From positions 4,774,001 through 4,838,000 of the forward strand of contig NC_043025.1 in NCBI RefSeq assembly GCF_006345805.1: a stretch of 64,000 nt of DNA. The letters are read 5' to 3'. Position numbers and translations under genes: made by a program. This DNA is from Octopus sinensis (taxonomy: Eukaryota). The notes under the pieces were generated by a model, which had not been told where the DNA came from, ran no database searches, and was given only the letters and a program-made list of their open reading frames with translations. Within the stretch, counting starts at the first letter, position 1; every line of letters begins with the position of its first letter. This document shows positions 13,541 to 25,232 of the stretch, piece by piece.

Positions 13541-14293
13541 ACACATATATATATATACATACACATATATATATATATATACATACACATATATATATAT
13601 ATACATACACATATATATATATATAATACATACACATATATATATATATACATACACATATATATATATATATACATACACATATATATATATATTATAT
13701 ATATACATACACATATATATATATATATACATATACATACACATATATATATATATATACATATACATACACATATATATATATATACATATACATACAC
13801 ATATATATATATATACATATACATACACATATATATATATATACATACATACACATATATATATATACATACACATATATATATACATACACATATATAT
13901 ATATATATACATACATACACATATATATATATATACATACACACATATATATATACATACACACATATATATATATATATACATACATACACATATATAT
14001 ATACATACACACATATATATATACATACACACACATATATATACATACACACACATATATATACATACACACACACATATACACATACATACACACACAC
14101 ACATATATATACATACATACATACACATACAAACATACATACACATATACATACATACACACATAAATACATACATACACACATATATACATACACACAT
14201 ATATATACATACACACATATATACACATACATACACACACACACATATATATACATACATACACACACACACATATACACATACATACACACT

Positions 14294-14327
<34 letters not shown>

Positions 14328-14360
14328 CATACACACACACACATATATATATATATAATA
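9001..14360. repeat. ~5.3-kb compound (TA)n/(CA)n/(CATA)n microsatellite
   Basis: Continuous catatatatatacatatatatacatacatacaca-type units. Confidence 0.99.
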
Positions 14361-14693
14361 CGTTTCACATTTCTCTGTAGATTGCTTTTAATAGCCAAAA
14401 CAATTTGCATATTATAATAATAGGTTGGAATATATCTTGTACACTTTGTATTTAGTATCAACTTTTTTGGAATAGTTGAGTTGCTCATCAAAAAATTATA
14501 TTATCTAAAGTGTGTGTGTGTGTGTGTGTGTGCATTTAGGCACAGGCATGGCTTTGTGGTAAGAAGTTTACTTCCCAACCACATAGATCTGGTTTCAGTT
14601 CCACGAGATGGCGCTAGGTGTGCTATAGTGTAACCTTAAATATAATTTCTTCCCCTATACTTTTAGTTATGTTTTTAGTTCAGGTGTGCCACC

Positions 14694-15128
14694 AGAATAT
14701 AAGTGTTCTGCAAGTGAAAAAAAAAAGGGTTTTGGGAACACTGGCACAGGTCTTTCATAGTAAGAAACCTCTTCTGCTCCGGCCCTTTTCCTTTTTTCTT
14801 TCATACATATTTTGCCCCCTCTCAACCCCACATTACCCAGAATATAAGTGTACTGCAAGTGAAAAAAAGGGTTTTGGGAGCACTGGTGCAGCTCTTTGAT
14901 AGTAAGAAACCTCTTCTGCTCCGGCCCTTTTCCTTTTATCTTTCATACATATTTTGCCCCCTCTCAACCCCACATTACCCAGAATATAAGTGTACTGCAA
15001 GTGAAAAAAAGGGTTTTGGGAGCACTGGCGCAGCTCTTTGATAGTAAGAAACCTCTTCTGCTACGGCCCTTTTTCTTTTTTCTTTCATACATATTTTGCC
15101 CCCTCTCAACCCCACATTACCCAGAATG
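14694..15128. repeat. ~142-bp tandem repeat x3
   Basis: agaatataagtg at 14694, 14839 and 14981, with agaat again at 15123. Confidence 0.95.
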
Positions 15129-15144
15129 AAGTTGCTACTTCTTG

Positions 15145-15757
15145 GAGGGGGTTTAGTTAGTTAGTTAGTTAATTCTTTGGCTCAAAAAGCAAAAAGCAAG
15201 GCCATGTAGGGGGACATGGAGTTATGTACAGGGTGGTGTTCAGGTAAAGAGTTCAGGCCACTTGCGGTCAAGGGAGACTTTGAACCGAGTGGTCGTCGGC
15301 ATCTTCACCATCTCGTCCGGCAGTGTATTCCACGGATCCGCAACCCGGACGGAGAAAGCCCCTCTCCTTTGATTGAGATGAAATCGTTGCAGATAGAGCT
15401 TTTCGGAATGACCCCGCAGCCAACGCTCTGGAGCAGGAGTGAAGAACAGCTCTTTCGAGAGGTTACACTTTCCACTTATGATGTTGTGAGCAAGAATGAG
15501 ATCACCACGGCAGCGGCGTTTTTCTAGAGAATAAAGGTCGAGCGTCTTCAGCCTTTCTTCATCAGACAAATTCTTGAGACCATGAACCATGCGGGTAGCC
15601 AGCTTCTGGACTCTTTCGAGATGCTGTATGTCTTTGAGGAGATAAGGAGAAGAGGTTTGAATCCCGTACTCCAATATGGGTCTGACCAGCGTGACATAGA
15701 GCTGTAGGAATATGGCTGCTGTGAGCATTCTGAATGACCGTCGAATCAGCAAGGCTC
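15145..15757 (-). mobile_element. 5'-truncated CR1/L2-clade LINE (ORF2 C-terminus, 3' UTR, (CTAA)n tail)
   Basis: LYVTLVRPILEY..LERVQK.ATR..LYSLEKRR.RGDLI..RGHS.KL..FSVRVADPWNTLP motifs. Confidence 0.9.
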
Positions 15758-16400
15758 ATTCTGCTGGGGGCACATCTGCTGGGGGCACAAACAAAGCACC
15801 CAGTATATGCTATATGAAGTGGTTGGCATCAAGAAGCGCAACCAGCCATAGGGACCATGCGCCAAATAAATAAATGAAAATGATACGATGGAATTCTTTT
15901 CAGTCCAAAGGCAGCAGCAGTAGCCCCAGTAGCAGCAGGAGGAGGAGGAGGAGCCTGATAAGCAAGTATTGTGTAAATTTCATGTGAGTTGTGATAGAGT
16001 TAAATAAAGGATGGGGAGGGTGCTTGGTGAAAGAGGTGGGGGTGGAGGAAACGTGGGGGGGATGTCTAAAGGGTGGGCAGCGTTGGAACCAGTTTCTGGG
16101 TTGGTTTGTCTTCCACAAAGACTCGTTTTGTTTCTTTCTGGTGATGTGTGTGTGTGTGTGTGTGTGTTTGTGTGTGTGTGCATGTGTGTGTGTGTGTGTA
16201 TGTGTGAGCATTAATGCAGTTGTGCATGTGTGTTTGTATGCATGAATGCAGTTGTGTGTGTGTGTGTAAGTGAGTGGTTGTACAAGTGTATGATGTGTGT
16301 GAGTGTAAACATTAATGCAGTTGTGTGTGTGTGTGTGAGCATTAATGTGATTGTGTGTGTGTTTGTGTGTATGTGAGTGTTTGTATGAAGTGCACATATA

Positions 16401-16575
16401 GGTGCAGGAGTGGCTGTGTGGTAAGTAGCTTGCTTACCAACCACATGGTTCCGGGTTCAGTCCCACTGCGTGACACCTTGGGCAAGTGTCTTCTACTATA
16501 GCCTCCGGCTGACTAAAGCCTTGTGAGTGGATTTGGCAGATGGAAACTAAAAGAAGCCCGTCGTATATATGTATG

Positions 16576-16619
<44 letters not shown>

Positions 16620-16843
16620 ATGCGTGTGCGTGTTTGTGTGTCTGTATTTGTCCCCCTAACATTGCTTGACAACCGATGTTGGTGTGTTTATGTCCCCGTA
16701 ACTTAGCGCTTCGGCAAAAGAGACCGATAGAGTAAGTACTAAGCTTACAAAGAATAAGTCCTGGGGGTCGATTTGCTCGACTAAAAGGCGGTACTCCAGC
16801 ATGGCCGCAATCAAATGACCGAAACAAGTAAAAGAGTAAAGAG
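16401..16843 (+). mobile_element. SINE family A, full length
   Basis: Same head, body and tail as 5927-6332. Confidence 0.95.
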
Positions 16844-17020
16844 ATTAGGATTTAAATTCCAATCTATGAAAAGATTCCTTTCTACAATATTCTTAAAGGA
16901 ACGAAAATTTATCCATCAACTCAGGCTAACACGAACAAGCCTGGGAGGTGTAAAAGATTAACTGGCATCTCTTGTCAAGAGTACAGGTGACGGTCAGATC
17001 ATTGATGTTTGTTGTACACT

Positions 17021-17590
17021 CTCATCATCATCATCATCATCGTTTAACGTCCGTTTTCCGCGCTAGCACGGGTTGGACGGTTCGACCGGGGTCTGGGAAG
17101 CCAGGGGCTGCACCAGGCGCCAGTCTGATCTGGCAGTGTTTCTACAGCTGGATGCCCTTCCTAACACCAACCACTCCGAGAGTGTTGTGGGTGCTTTTTA
17201 CGTGCCACCTGCACAGGTGCCAGGGGGTCTGGCATCGGCCACGATCAGTTGGTGCTTTTAACGTGCCACCGGCACAGAGGCCAGTCAAGGCGGCGCTGGC
17301 AACGGCCACGTTCGGATGGTGCTTTTTATGTGCCACACCAAGGGGTTTGGCATCGGCCACGATCGGTTGGTGCTTTTAACGTGCCACCAGCACGGAAGCC
17401 AGCCAAGGCTGCGCTGGCAACGGCCACGTTCGGATGGTGCTTTTTATGTGCCACCGACACGGAAGCCAGCCAAGGCAGCACGGAAGCCAGCCAAGGCGGC
17501 GCTGGCAATGGCCACGGTCAGATGGTGCTTTTTATGTGCCACAGGCACAGAAGCCAGTCGAGGCGGCGCTGGCACCGGCCACGTTCAGAT
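17021..17590 (-). mobile_element. Family D element with internal minisatellite
   Basis: (cat)n tail plus repeated ggtgctttt(t)a(c/t)gtgccacc units. Confidence 0.85.
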
Positions 17591-17938
17591 GCTGTCATTA
17601 TTTGATTGCTGTTATTTTGTGCGTCTGTGTGCAAAGATCAGTCGTGTTTTCCAGGGTTGCTTTATTTTAACCCTTAACTTCGAAATGGAGAAAGACATAG
17701 TGCTAGATATAAAAAAAAATAAGCTATTTCGGGGCTAGAAATAAAGCAGAAAAACATGAAATTCTTCAAGCAGGCATGTGTTGCATGCGAAATCTATGAG
17801 GAGCCTGAGTGGCGCTGATGACCTGGAGTCACCTCTGACATACATATACAGATCTCATTACAGGATATTAGCTAAAAAGACTCTCAAATTTTAATGGCAC
17901 GATTTAATAAAATTGTATGAGAATATTATGAAAGGTAC

Positions 17939-18167
17939 TTAATCCTTTCGTTACTGCATTTATTTTGAGATGCTCTGTGTTTCTTTCAATTACTTTAAGT
18001 ATAACAAAGAATTTAGTAAAATAATTTTGTTATCATTAAGCTAGTGTCAGGAACATAAATTGTGACTAAGGTTTGGTGGAAGATTTTAATTCAAAACTTA
18101 TGAAAACAAGACATTTGTACTACAGAGCCAGAGGCGGTTTCAGCCAGGTTGGTAATAAAAGGGTTAA
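17939..18167. mobile_element. piggyBac-type MITE (family 2)
   Basis: TTAA-TCCTTTCG...AAAAGGG-TTAA. Confidence 0.85.
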
Positions 18168-18182
18168 AAATATCATGGTGAC

Positions 18183-18412
18183 TTGAACCCTTTTGTTACC
18201 GTATTTCTGTTGAGATGCTCTGTGTTTCTTTCAATTTATTTTAAATATAACAAAGAATTTAGTAAAATAACTTAGTTATCATTAAGCTAGTGTTAGGAAC
18301 ATAAATTGTGACTACGGTTTGGTGGAAGATTTTAATTCAAAACTTTTGAAAACAAGACATTTGTACTCATTGCCAGGGCCGGTTTCAGCCGGGTTGGTAT
18401 CAAAAGGGTTAA
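18183..18412. mobile_element. piggyBac-type MITE (family 2), second adjacent copy
   Basis: ttga-ACCCTTTTG...CAAAAGGG-TTAA, near-identical to the preceding copy. Confidence 0.85.
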
Positions 18413-18414
18413 AC

Positions 18415-18531
18415 TTTGCAACATCGCTGTCAACAGCCATCACATTTCTCATTGCACCAAAGCATTCTGTCAAAACATTATGCATAACATGTACACTGGC
18501 TGTCTCAACTCGTTTCTGCAGGACCATTATA
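18415..18531 (-). CDS. Predicted exon 4 of uncharacterised membrane-anchored protein
   Basis: Acceptor ttttttctag, donor AA|gtttaa, 117 nt, phase 2 to 2. Reads IMVLQKRVETASVHVMHNVLTECFGAMRNVMAVDSDVA. Confidence 0.75.
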
Positions 18532-18620
18532 CTAGAAAAAATATTGTGAACCCAGATGGGGGCTGAAGGAAGCATGCTGGTGCACTGAGTGACTACTAGT
18601 TAACAAAATAATACAAGAAA

Positions 18621-19707
18621 TCTTTATATATAAAAGTGAGGTTGTGTGCTGTCTGTCTCCTACGATTTAGATTCCTAACTACCCCCACATTTTGCGGTGA
18701 AGTTTAACCAAAACCGGGTATCTTATAGTCGTGATCCATATCGAGCCCTTCTGGGTATTAGCGCGCGTCTACGATGAGTCTACAATTTTAAAAAAATTTA
18801 CTATCAATTTTTTCCATTTTAATGCATTTTTTTCGCTATTAAATAAGGGAAGTAACTCTCTAAAAATGTCTACGATGAGTCAACGATTTAAAAAAAAATT
18901 TACCATCATTTGTTTTCCATTTTTAATGCATTTTTTTGCTATTTTTTGGCTATAACTCTCTAAAAATGCTTTATAGTTATTTCCCTTACAAACCCGAGCA
19001 ACGCCGGGCGATACTGCTAGTCTTTATGTATAAAAGAGAGGTTGTGTGCTGTCTGTCTCCTACGATTTAGATTCCTAACTAATCCCACATTTTGCGGTGC
19101 AGTTCAACCAAAACCGGGTATCTTATAGTCGTGATTCATATCGAGCCCTTCTGGGTATTAGCGCGCGTCTACGATGAGTCTACGATTTTTAAAATAATTT
19201 ACCATCATTTTTTTCCATTTTTAATGCATTTTTTTGGCTATAACTCTCTAAAAATGCTTTATAGTTATTTCCCTTACAAACCCGAGCAACGCCGGGCGAT
19301 ACTGCTAGTCTTTATGTATAAAAGAGAGGTTGTGTGCTGTCTGTCTCCTACGATTTAGATTCCTAACTAATCCCACATTTTGCGGTGCAGTTCAACCAAA
19401 ACCGGGTATCTTATAGTCGTGATTCATATCGAGCCCTTCTGGGTATTAGCGTGCGTCTATGATGAGTCTATGATTCAAAAAAAATTTACCATCAATTTTT
19501 CCCATTTTTTTATGCATTTTTGGCATATATAAGGGAAGTAACTCTCTAAAAATGTATTATTAAATCTCAGAACGTAAAAAGCTACAGTAACACCCCCCCC
19601 CCTTTGTGGTTAGCCATATTGAGATGGCTATTATACTTTACATCTCTAAAAATACTTATATAGTTATTTCCCTTACAAACCCAAGCAACGCCGGGCGATA
19701 CTGCTAG
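18621..19707 (+). mobile_element. Head-to-tail trimer of a non-autonomous Helitron
   Basis: Units 18621-19020, 19021-19308 and 19309-19707 each start TC and end ccc(g/a)agcaacgccggg-cgatactg-CTAG. The whole array sits between host A and T. Confidence 0.9.
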
Positions 19708-19904
19708 TAAAAAATAAAGAATCACCAAAAAGTCTTTGATAGTATACTACTTGTAGGAGATGATTTTTGTCCTTGGATAATAACTTATTTTCCTATTTGT
19801 TTACTGCTAGAAAGTATGGAAAAGGGTTAATATTTCCTTCAAACTTTGCTTTTATAATATTTATTCAAACCCCAAAGAATCCCTCTCATGGCTATGATGC
19901 TCCT

Positions 19905-20688
19905 CCTATTTCTTTACTACCCACAAGGGGCTAAACACACACGGGACAAACAAGGACAGATACATGGATTAAGTCGATTACATCGACCCCAGTGTGTAAC
20001 TGGTACTTATTTAATCGACCCTGAAAGGATGAAAGGCAAAGTCGACCTCGGTGGAATTTGAACTCAGAACGTAACGGCAGACGAAATACCTATTTCTTTA
20101 CTACCCACAAGGTGCTAAACACAGAGGGGACAAACAAGGACAGACAAACGGATGAAGTTGATTACATCGATCCCAGGGCGTAACTGGTACTTCTTTAATC
20201 GACCCCGAAAGGAGGAAAGGCAAAGTCGACCTCGGTGGAATTTGAACTCAGGACATAACAGCAGACGAAATACCTATTTCTTTACTACCTACAAGGGGCT
20301 AAACACAGAGGGGACAAACAAGGACAGACGCACGGATTAAGTCGATTACATCGACCCCAGTGTGTAACTGGTACTTATTTAATCGACACCCGAAAGGATG
20401 AAAGGCAAAGTTGACCTCGGCAGAATTTGAACTCAGAACGTAGCAACAGACGAAATACCTATTTCTTTACTACCCACAAGGGGCTAAATACAGAGGGGAA
20501 AAAACAAGGACAGACACACGGATTAAGATGATTACATCGACCCCAGTGCGTAGCTGGTACTTATTTAATCGACCCCGAAAGGATGAAAGGCAAAGTCGAC
20601 CTTGGCGGAATTTGAACTCAGAACGTAGCGGTAGACGAAGTACTGCAAAACATCTCGCTTGGCATGCTAACGATTCTGCCAGCTCACC
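19905..20688 (-). mobile_element. SINE family B tetramer (tRNA-like head, gagttcaaattcc B-box)
   Basis: ~184-bp units at 19905, 20089, 20273 and 20458. Only the terminal unit keeps the full head (ggtgagctggcagaatcgttagc). Confidence 0.95.
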
Positions 20689-20759
20689 ACTATATCTGCT
20701 CGTGATCAGAGATGCAGATATCGTCAGCCTCTGAGGGACATGCTCAAGTGGTTATGGTG

Positions 20760-21178
20760 AAGGCGGCAAGCTGGCAGAAACGTTAGCGCGCCGGGTGAAA
20801 TGCGTAGCCATATTTTGTCTGCCGTTACGTTCTGAGTTCAAATTCCGCTGAGGTCGACTTTGCCTTTCATCATTTCAGGGTCGATAAATTAAGTACCAGT
20901 TACGCACTGGGGTCGATATAATCGACTTAATCCCTTTGTCTGTCCTTGTTTGTCCCCTCTATGTTTAGCCCCTTGTGGATAGTAAAGAAATAGGTATTTC
21001 TTCTGCCATTACGTTCTGAGTTCAAATTCCGCCGAGGTCAACTTTGCCTTTCATCCTTTCGGGGTCGATTAAATAAGTACCAGTTACGCACTGGGGTCGA
21101 TATAATTGACTTAATCCCTTTGTCTGTCCTTGTTTGCCCCCTCTGTGTTTAGCCCCTTGTGGGCAATAAAAAAATAGG
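20760..21178 (+). mobile_element. SINE family B dimer
   Basis: Full head followed by a second unit joined at aaataggtat|ttcttctgcc. Confidence 0.95.
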
Positions 21179-21226
21179 TTAAGGTCAAGCAAATGACAAG
21201 CAAATCTATGGTATTGAGCAGAATTT

Positions 21227-21648
21227 AAGGTGGCGAGCTGGCAGAAACGTTAGCATGCCGGGTGAAATGCGTAGCCATATTTCATCTGCCATTACGTTCT
21301 GAGTTCAAATTCCGCCGAGGTCGACTTTGCCTTTCATCCTTTCGGGGTCGATAAATAAAGTACCAGATACACACTGGGGTCGATGTAATCGACTTAATCT
21401 GTTTGTCTGTCCTTGTTTGTCCTCTCTATGTTTAGCCCCTTGTGGGTAGTAAAGAAATAGGTATTTTGTCTGTCGTTACGTTCTGAGTTCAAATTACGCC
21501 GAGGTTGACTTTGCCTTTCATCCTTTCGGGGTCGATAAATGAAGTACCAGTTACACACTGGGGTCGATGTAATCGACTTAATCTGTTTGTCTGTCCTTGT
21601 TTGTCCCTTCTGTGTTTAGCCCCTTGTGGGTTGTAAAGAAATAGGTAT
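21227..21648 (+). mobile_element. SINE family B dimer with TSD ggtattgagcagaat
   Basis: 15-bp direct repeat at ~21212-21226 and ~21643-21657. Confidence 0.95.
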
Positions 21649-21959
21649 TGAGCAGAATATTTGCTATAAAATTTCTACTTCGACTACTCAGTGCTGAATC
21701 TGTCTGAAATTTAAAGGAAAATAGGTCAGTTTCAAAACATGATGTCTGGGTCACGAAAGCAAAGCTTGGATGGAATAGTAGTTATTTCCTTTGATTTCTA
21801 ACTGGAAGCAAAATAGGAAATAACACTTATTGACCAAAGACAAAAAAAAAATTTTAATTTTGTCACCCAGTATCATCAAGGCACTGCAATTAACCAAAGT
21901 ACCACTACTAGTAGTAGTTACCATCCACCACCTAACCAAAAACTAGTACACTTCCTTAC

Positions 21960-22018
21960 TTCTTCAAGGCGACATTGAAAGCATCAAATCTAATACCATA
22001 CATCATCAAAAAGGCATC
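21960..22018 (-). CDS. Predicted exon 3 of uncharacterised membrane-anchored protein
   Basis: Branch-point-like tactgac, acceptor ccccctgaag, strong donor AA|gtaagg, 59 nt, phase 0 to 2. Reads DAFLMMYGIRFDAFNVALK(N). Confidence 0.8.
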
Positions 22019-22052
22019 CTTCAGGGGGATAGCTTGTCAGTATTACTCTTTA

Positions 22053-22289
22053 AGGCGGTGAGCTGGCAGAATCGTTAGCACGCCGGGCGAAATGCTTAGC
22101 CGTATTTCATCCGCTGCTGCGTTCTGAGTTCAAATTCCGCTGAGGTCAACTTTGCCTTTCATCCTTTCGGGGTCGATAAATTAAGTACCAGTTACGCACA
22201 GGGGACGGTGTAATTGACTTAATCCGTTTGTCTGTCCTTGTTTGTCCTCTCTGTGTTTAGCCCCTTGTGGGTAGTAAAGAAATAAGTAT
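22053..22289 (+). mobile_element. SINE family B monomer
   Basis: Full head through the gtagtaaagaaata tail. Confidence 0.95.
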
Positions 22290-22417
22290 TACTCTTTGTA
22301 CCTCCCCAAACCCCCTAACATAACTGTTTATAAAACATAAGCTATAAGGATGGATTCAATCACGTCTCGCCTTTTCTTTGTTAACCTGAAATTGTATAGG
22401 TCAAGTATTAACATCAA

Positions 22418-22529
22418 GGATCTTTACCTTTTGACCGACAGATTTTTAAAAATTAATTTTTGTAACTAAACACTTTCAAACTTCGGACACTGGTAGAATG
22501 TGTCTCTGTCGGTCAAAAGGTAAAAATCC
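22418..22529. mobile_element. 112-bp internally deleted MITE with GGATC-type TIRs
   Basis: GGATCTTTACCTTTTGACCGACAG ... CTGTCGGTCAAAAGGTAAAAATCC. Confidence 0.85.
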
Positions 22530-22775
22530 AACACCCAAAAGAAACCGGATCTCATAATCCAATTCTCTAAAAACATGGTAAATTTGTGCCCTCATCCAAA
22601 ACACTAAACATAAATAGCCTAGAAATACAACTTCTGCTCTCTGGAGGGGAAAGTTAGAAATATCTTGGACAAGATGAGAATGCCAACCATGACAGACCCA
22701 TCAGTAAGAGGATGACGGGAAATGAGTAATTCAAGAGTTTAAAAAAAAAAATTTAATTAGGATAGCTAATGAACT

Positions 22776-23012
22776 TTAACTCTTTAGTATTTAAACCGGC
22801 CATATCCAGCCAAATTCAGCCAAAATATTTAATCTGTTTTATGTTCAAACTGACCAGGTCCAGGCCCTCACACCTACCCTACAATGTTATTCTACATTAA
22901 GTAATTACACCATCAAGATCTTGAAGATATGAGATAATGCATGATTAATACAAATCAATGGGAATGAATAGGCATTATGTTTGATAGAATAATCTGAACG
23001 CTAAAGGGTTAA
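22776..23012. mobile_element. piggyBac-type MITE (family 1), reverse copy
   Basis: TTAA...CTAAAGGG-TTAA; reverse complement of 1049-1276. Confidence 0.85.
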
Positions 23013-23135
23013 GAGAGGCATGAAATAAGAGCTCATACAGAACTCTCCCACAGGAGAATTGGTAAATTCTATTTATCAGAAGAACAAAATGATGAAAAAA
23101 AAAAAGGGCCAATTCACTGAGAAGATAGTGCATGA

Positions 23136-23548
23136 GTATTTACTCTTTACTCTTTTACTTGTTTCAGTCATTTGACCGCGGCCATGCTGGAGCACCGCTT
23201 TTTAGTCGAGTAAATCGACCCCAGGACTTATTCTTTGTAAGCCTAGTACTTATTCTATCGGTCTCTTTTGCTGAACCGCTAAGTTACAGGGACGTAAACA
23301 CACCGCCATCGGTTATCAAGCAATGGTAGGGGGACAAACACAGACACACAAACATATACACACACACATACATATATATACATATATACGACGGGCTTCT
23401 TTCAGTTTCCGTCTACCAAATCCACTCACAAGGCTTTGGTCGGCCCGAGGCTATAGTAGAAGACACTTGCCCAAGGTGCCACGCAGTGGGAACGAACCCG
23501 GAACCATGTGGTTGGTGAGCAAGCTACTTACCACAAAGCCACTCCTGG
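23136..23548 (-). mobile_element. SINE family A, full length
   Basis: Same as 3102-3514. Confidence 0.95.
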
Positions 23549-23689
23549 TGTGAAAAATACAAGCCATAGAAGAAAGGAGAACATATCAAAAGCTGGGTCT
23601 GTTTGCATCCCTGAGCAATTTGGAAAATTGCATGTAAAAACGTCTGTGCTGGTGCCATGTAAAAGTGCCTGTATTGGTGCCACAAATGC

Positions 23690-24142
23690 AGATTGGTGAA
23701 TGCAATTGTCTTCCCAATAGCAACATATGGATACAAGACCTGGACACTAGAGAAAGCTGACCAGAAGAGAATTAATGCATTCGAGCTTTGGTGTTGGAGA
23801 AGACTTTTGCGGATTCCATGGACAGCGAGGCTCACCAATGGAGAAGTTCTTAAGCAGATATGGCCGAAAATGTCGCTAGAAGCTGGGATCACCAAGCATA
23901 GATTGGCATATTTTGGTCATATTATGCGAAGAAAATCCCTGGAGAAGGACATCATGCTCGGAATGGTCAGTGGCAAGAGAGGAAGAGGTCGACCAAGAAC
24001 TCGCTGGCTTGACACCATCAAGAGTGATACCGGAATGGACATAGCCAATCTGAAAGAAGAGGCCCAGGATAGAACTGACTGGAGGACACTGATCCATTGA
24101 GTGACCGAGAGTCAGCTTCGACTGAGCGGATAGAGAGAGAGA
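23690..24142 (+). mobile_element. 5'-truncated RTE-clade (BovB-like) LINE, 3' end with (AG)n tail
   Basis: VFPIATYG..WT..KA..KRINAFELWCWRRLLRIPWTAR..LEK..MLG...G.R.RGRPR.RWLD.I, the characteristic BovB/RTE ORF C-terminus. Confidence 0.9.
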
Positions 24143-24276
24143 TTGGTGCCGCATAAAAAAGCAGCCAGTACATTCTATGAAGTGGTAGGCATTAGGAAGA
24201 GCATTATACCAAAGAAACTATACTGAAACAAACAAGTGGCGCCTTGACAAATCTCCAACCGGCAAGCTTATGTCAA

Positions 24277-24349
24277 GTGGAGGCACATCACCTAGTGGTT
24301 AGAGCAGCGGACTCGCAGTCAAGGGATAGCGGGTTCGAATCTCAGATGT
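24277..24349 (+). mobile_element. SINE family C head only (tRNA-like)
   Basis: gtggaggcac..cctagtggttagagcagcggactcgcagtc..gggttcgaatctcag. Confidence 0.8.
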
Positions 24350-24431
24350 GTGATTGTCCCTCACCATCGCTTAAGCAACGTCTGCCCGGGTTAACAGTTC
24401 AGCAAAAGTAACCGATAAAATAGGTACCAGA

Positions 24432-24818
24432 CTTTTTGAACGGCAGTTTTTTCTAGCGGTGTCATATGAAATTGTCACCCATAATTAAGACCCTAGTATC
24501 GATCTATTGCATTTCAATCTGGGTTAGGGTTAGGGGGAAGGGTATCTTTTTTTCTTCACAAATGTAAATAAACCCAATCTGTTTCTGAAACGAAGGATAT
24601 TTTCATACGGCACAGAATGTTTTCACCACAATAGACATCATTGATTGGTTGAAATTGCAGAAAAAAAGCAACGAATATCTTACAAACTATAGAATTTTCC
24701 CAATAAAGCCAAGAGAAAAAGATGTTTTATAAACACATTCTACCATTATACGAAGTTTACAGTTTTTTAGTTACGTGGAAATTATTTTAAAAAACTGCCG
24801 GTCAAACCGAAAACATCC
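24432..24818. mobile_element. ~390-bp GGATC-TIR MITE
   Basis: Matches 26503-26898 and the reverse complement of 25919-26313. Confidence 0.85.
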
Positions 24819-25232
24819 CACTAAAGTACTGGGGTGGATTTATTGAACTAAAGCCTTTATGGCATGCCCCAGCATGGCCACAGTCCAACGACTAAAACAA
24901 GATAAAAAAATATAAGTATGCATGTATTTTGTGTGTATACATGCATAAACAGCAACGTATATATTCTATATACACCGAGATCCCTTTATCTTTTAAATCC
25001 AAATTCATTAGCAACACACAGAGAGACCTTAATCCAGAGATTAAACACTGAGAACTTAAACCCATCTTTATGTTGCTCAATATAACTATTTGACCTGATA
25101 AAAGCAGTGGTAACTAAGCGGTATACATAGTGAACAACGACTAAAACAAATAAAAATGACAGACTTATTTCGAATTGAGTTTTGCCAGATGAATACGAGA
25201 TGATGGCTTTGTCGCTAATTGCAGTTGTTATC

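Noticed and set aside
8956-14491. Very long ORFs (up to 522 aa) of YI/HT/MYV/CV repeats
   Set aside because: Translations of TA/CA microsatellite that lack stops by composition; no coding evidence. The same applies at 32134-32922, 38184-38747, 43361-44878, 49814-51002 and 59456-60831.
24277-24349. tRNA-like sequences as real tRNA genes (also 30144, 30579, 61305)
   Set aside because: They lack a matching acceptor stem and continue into conserved SINE bodies, so they are SINE heads.
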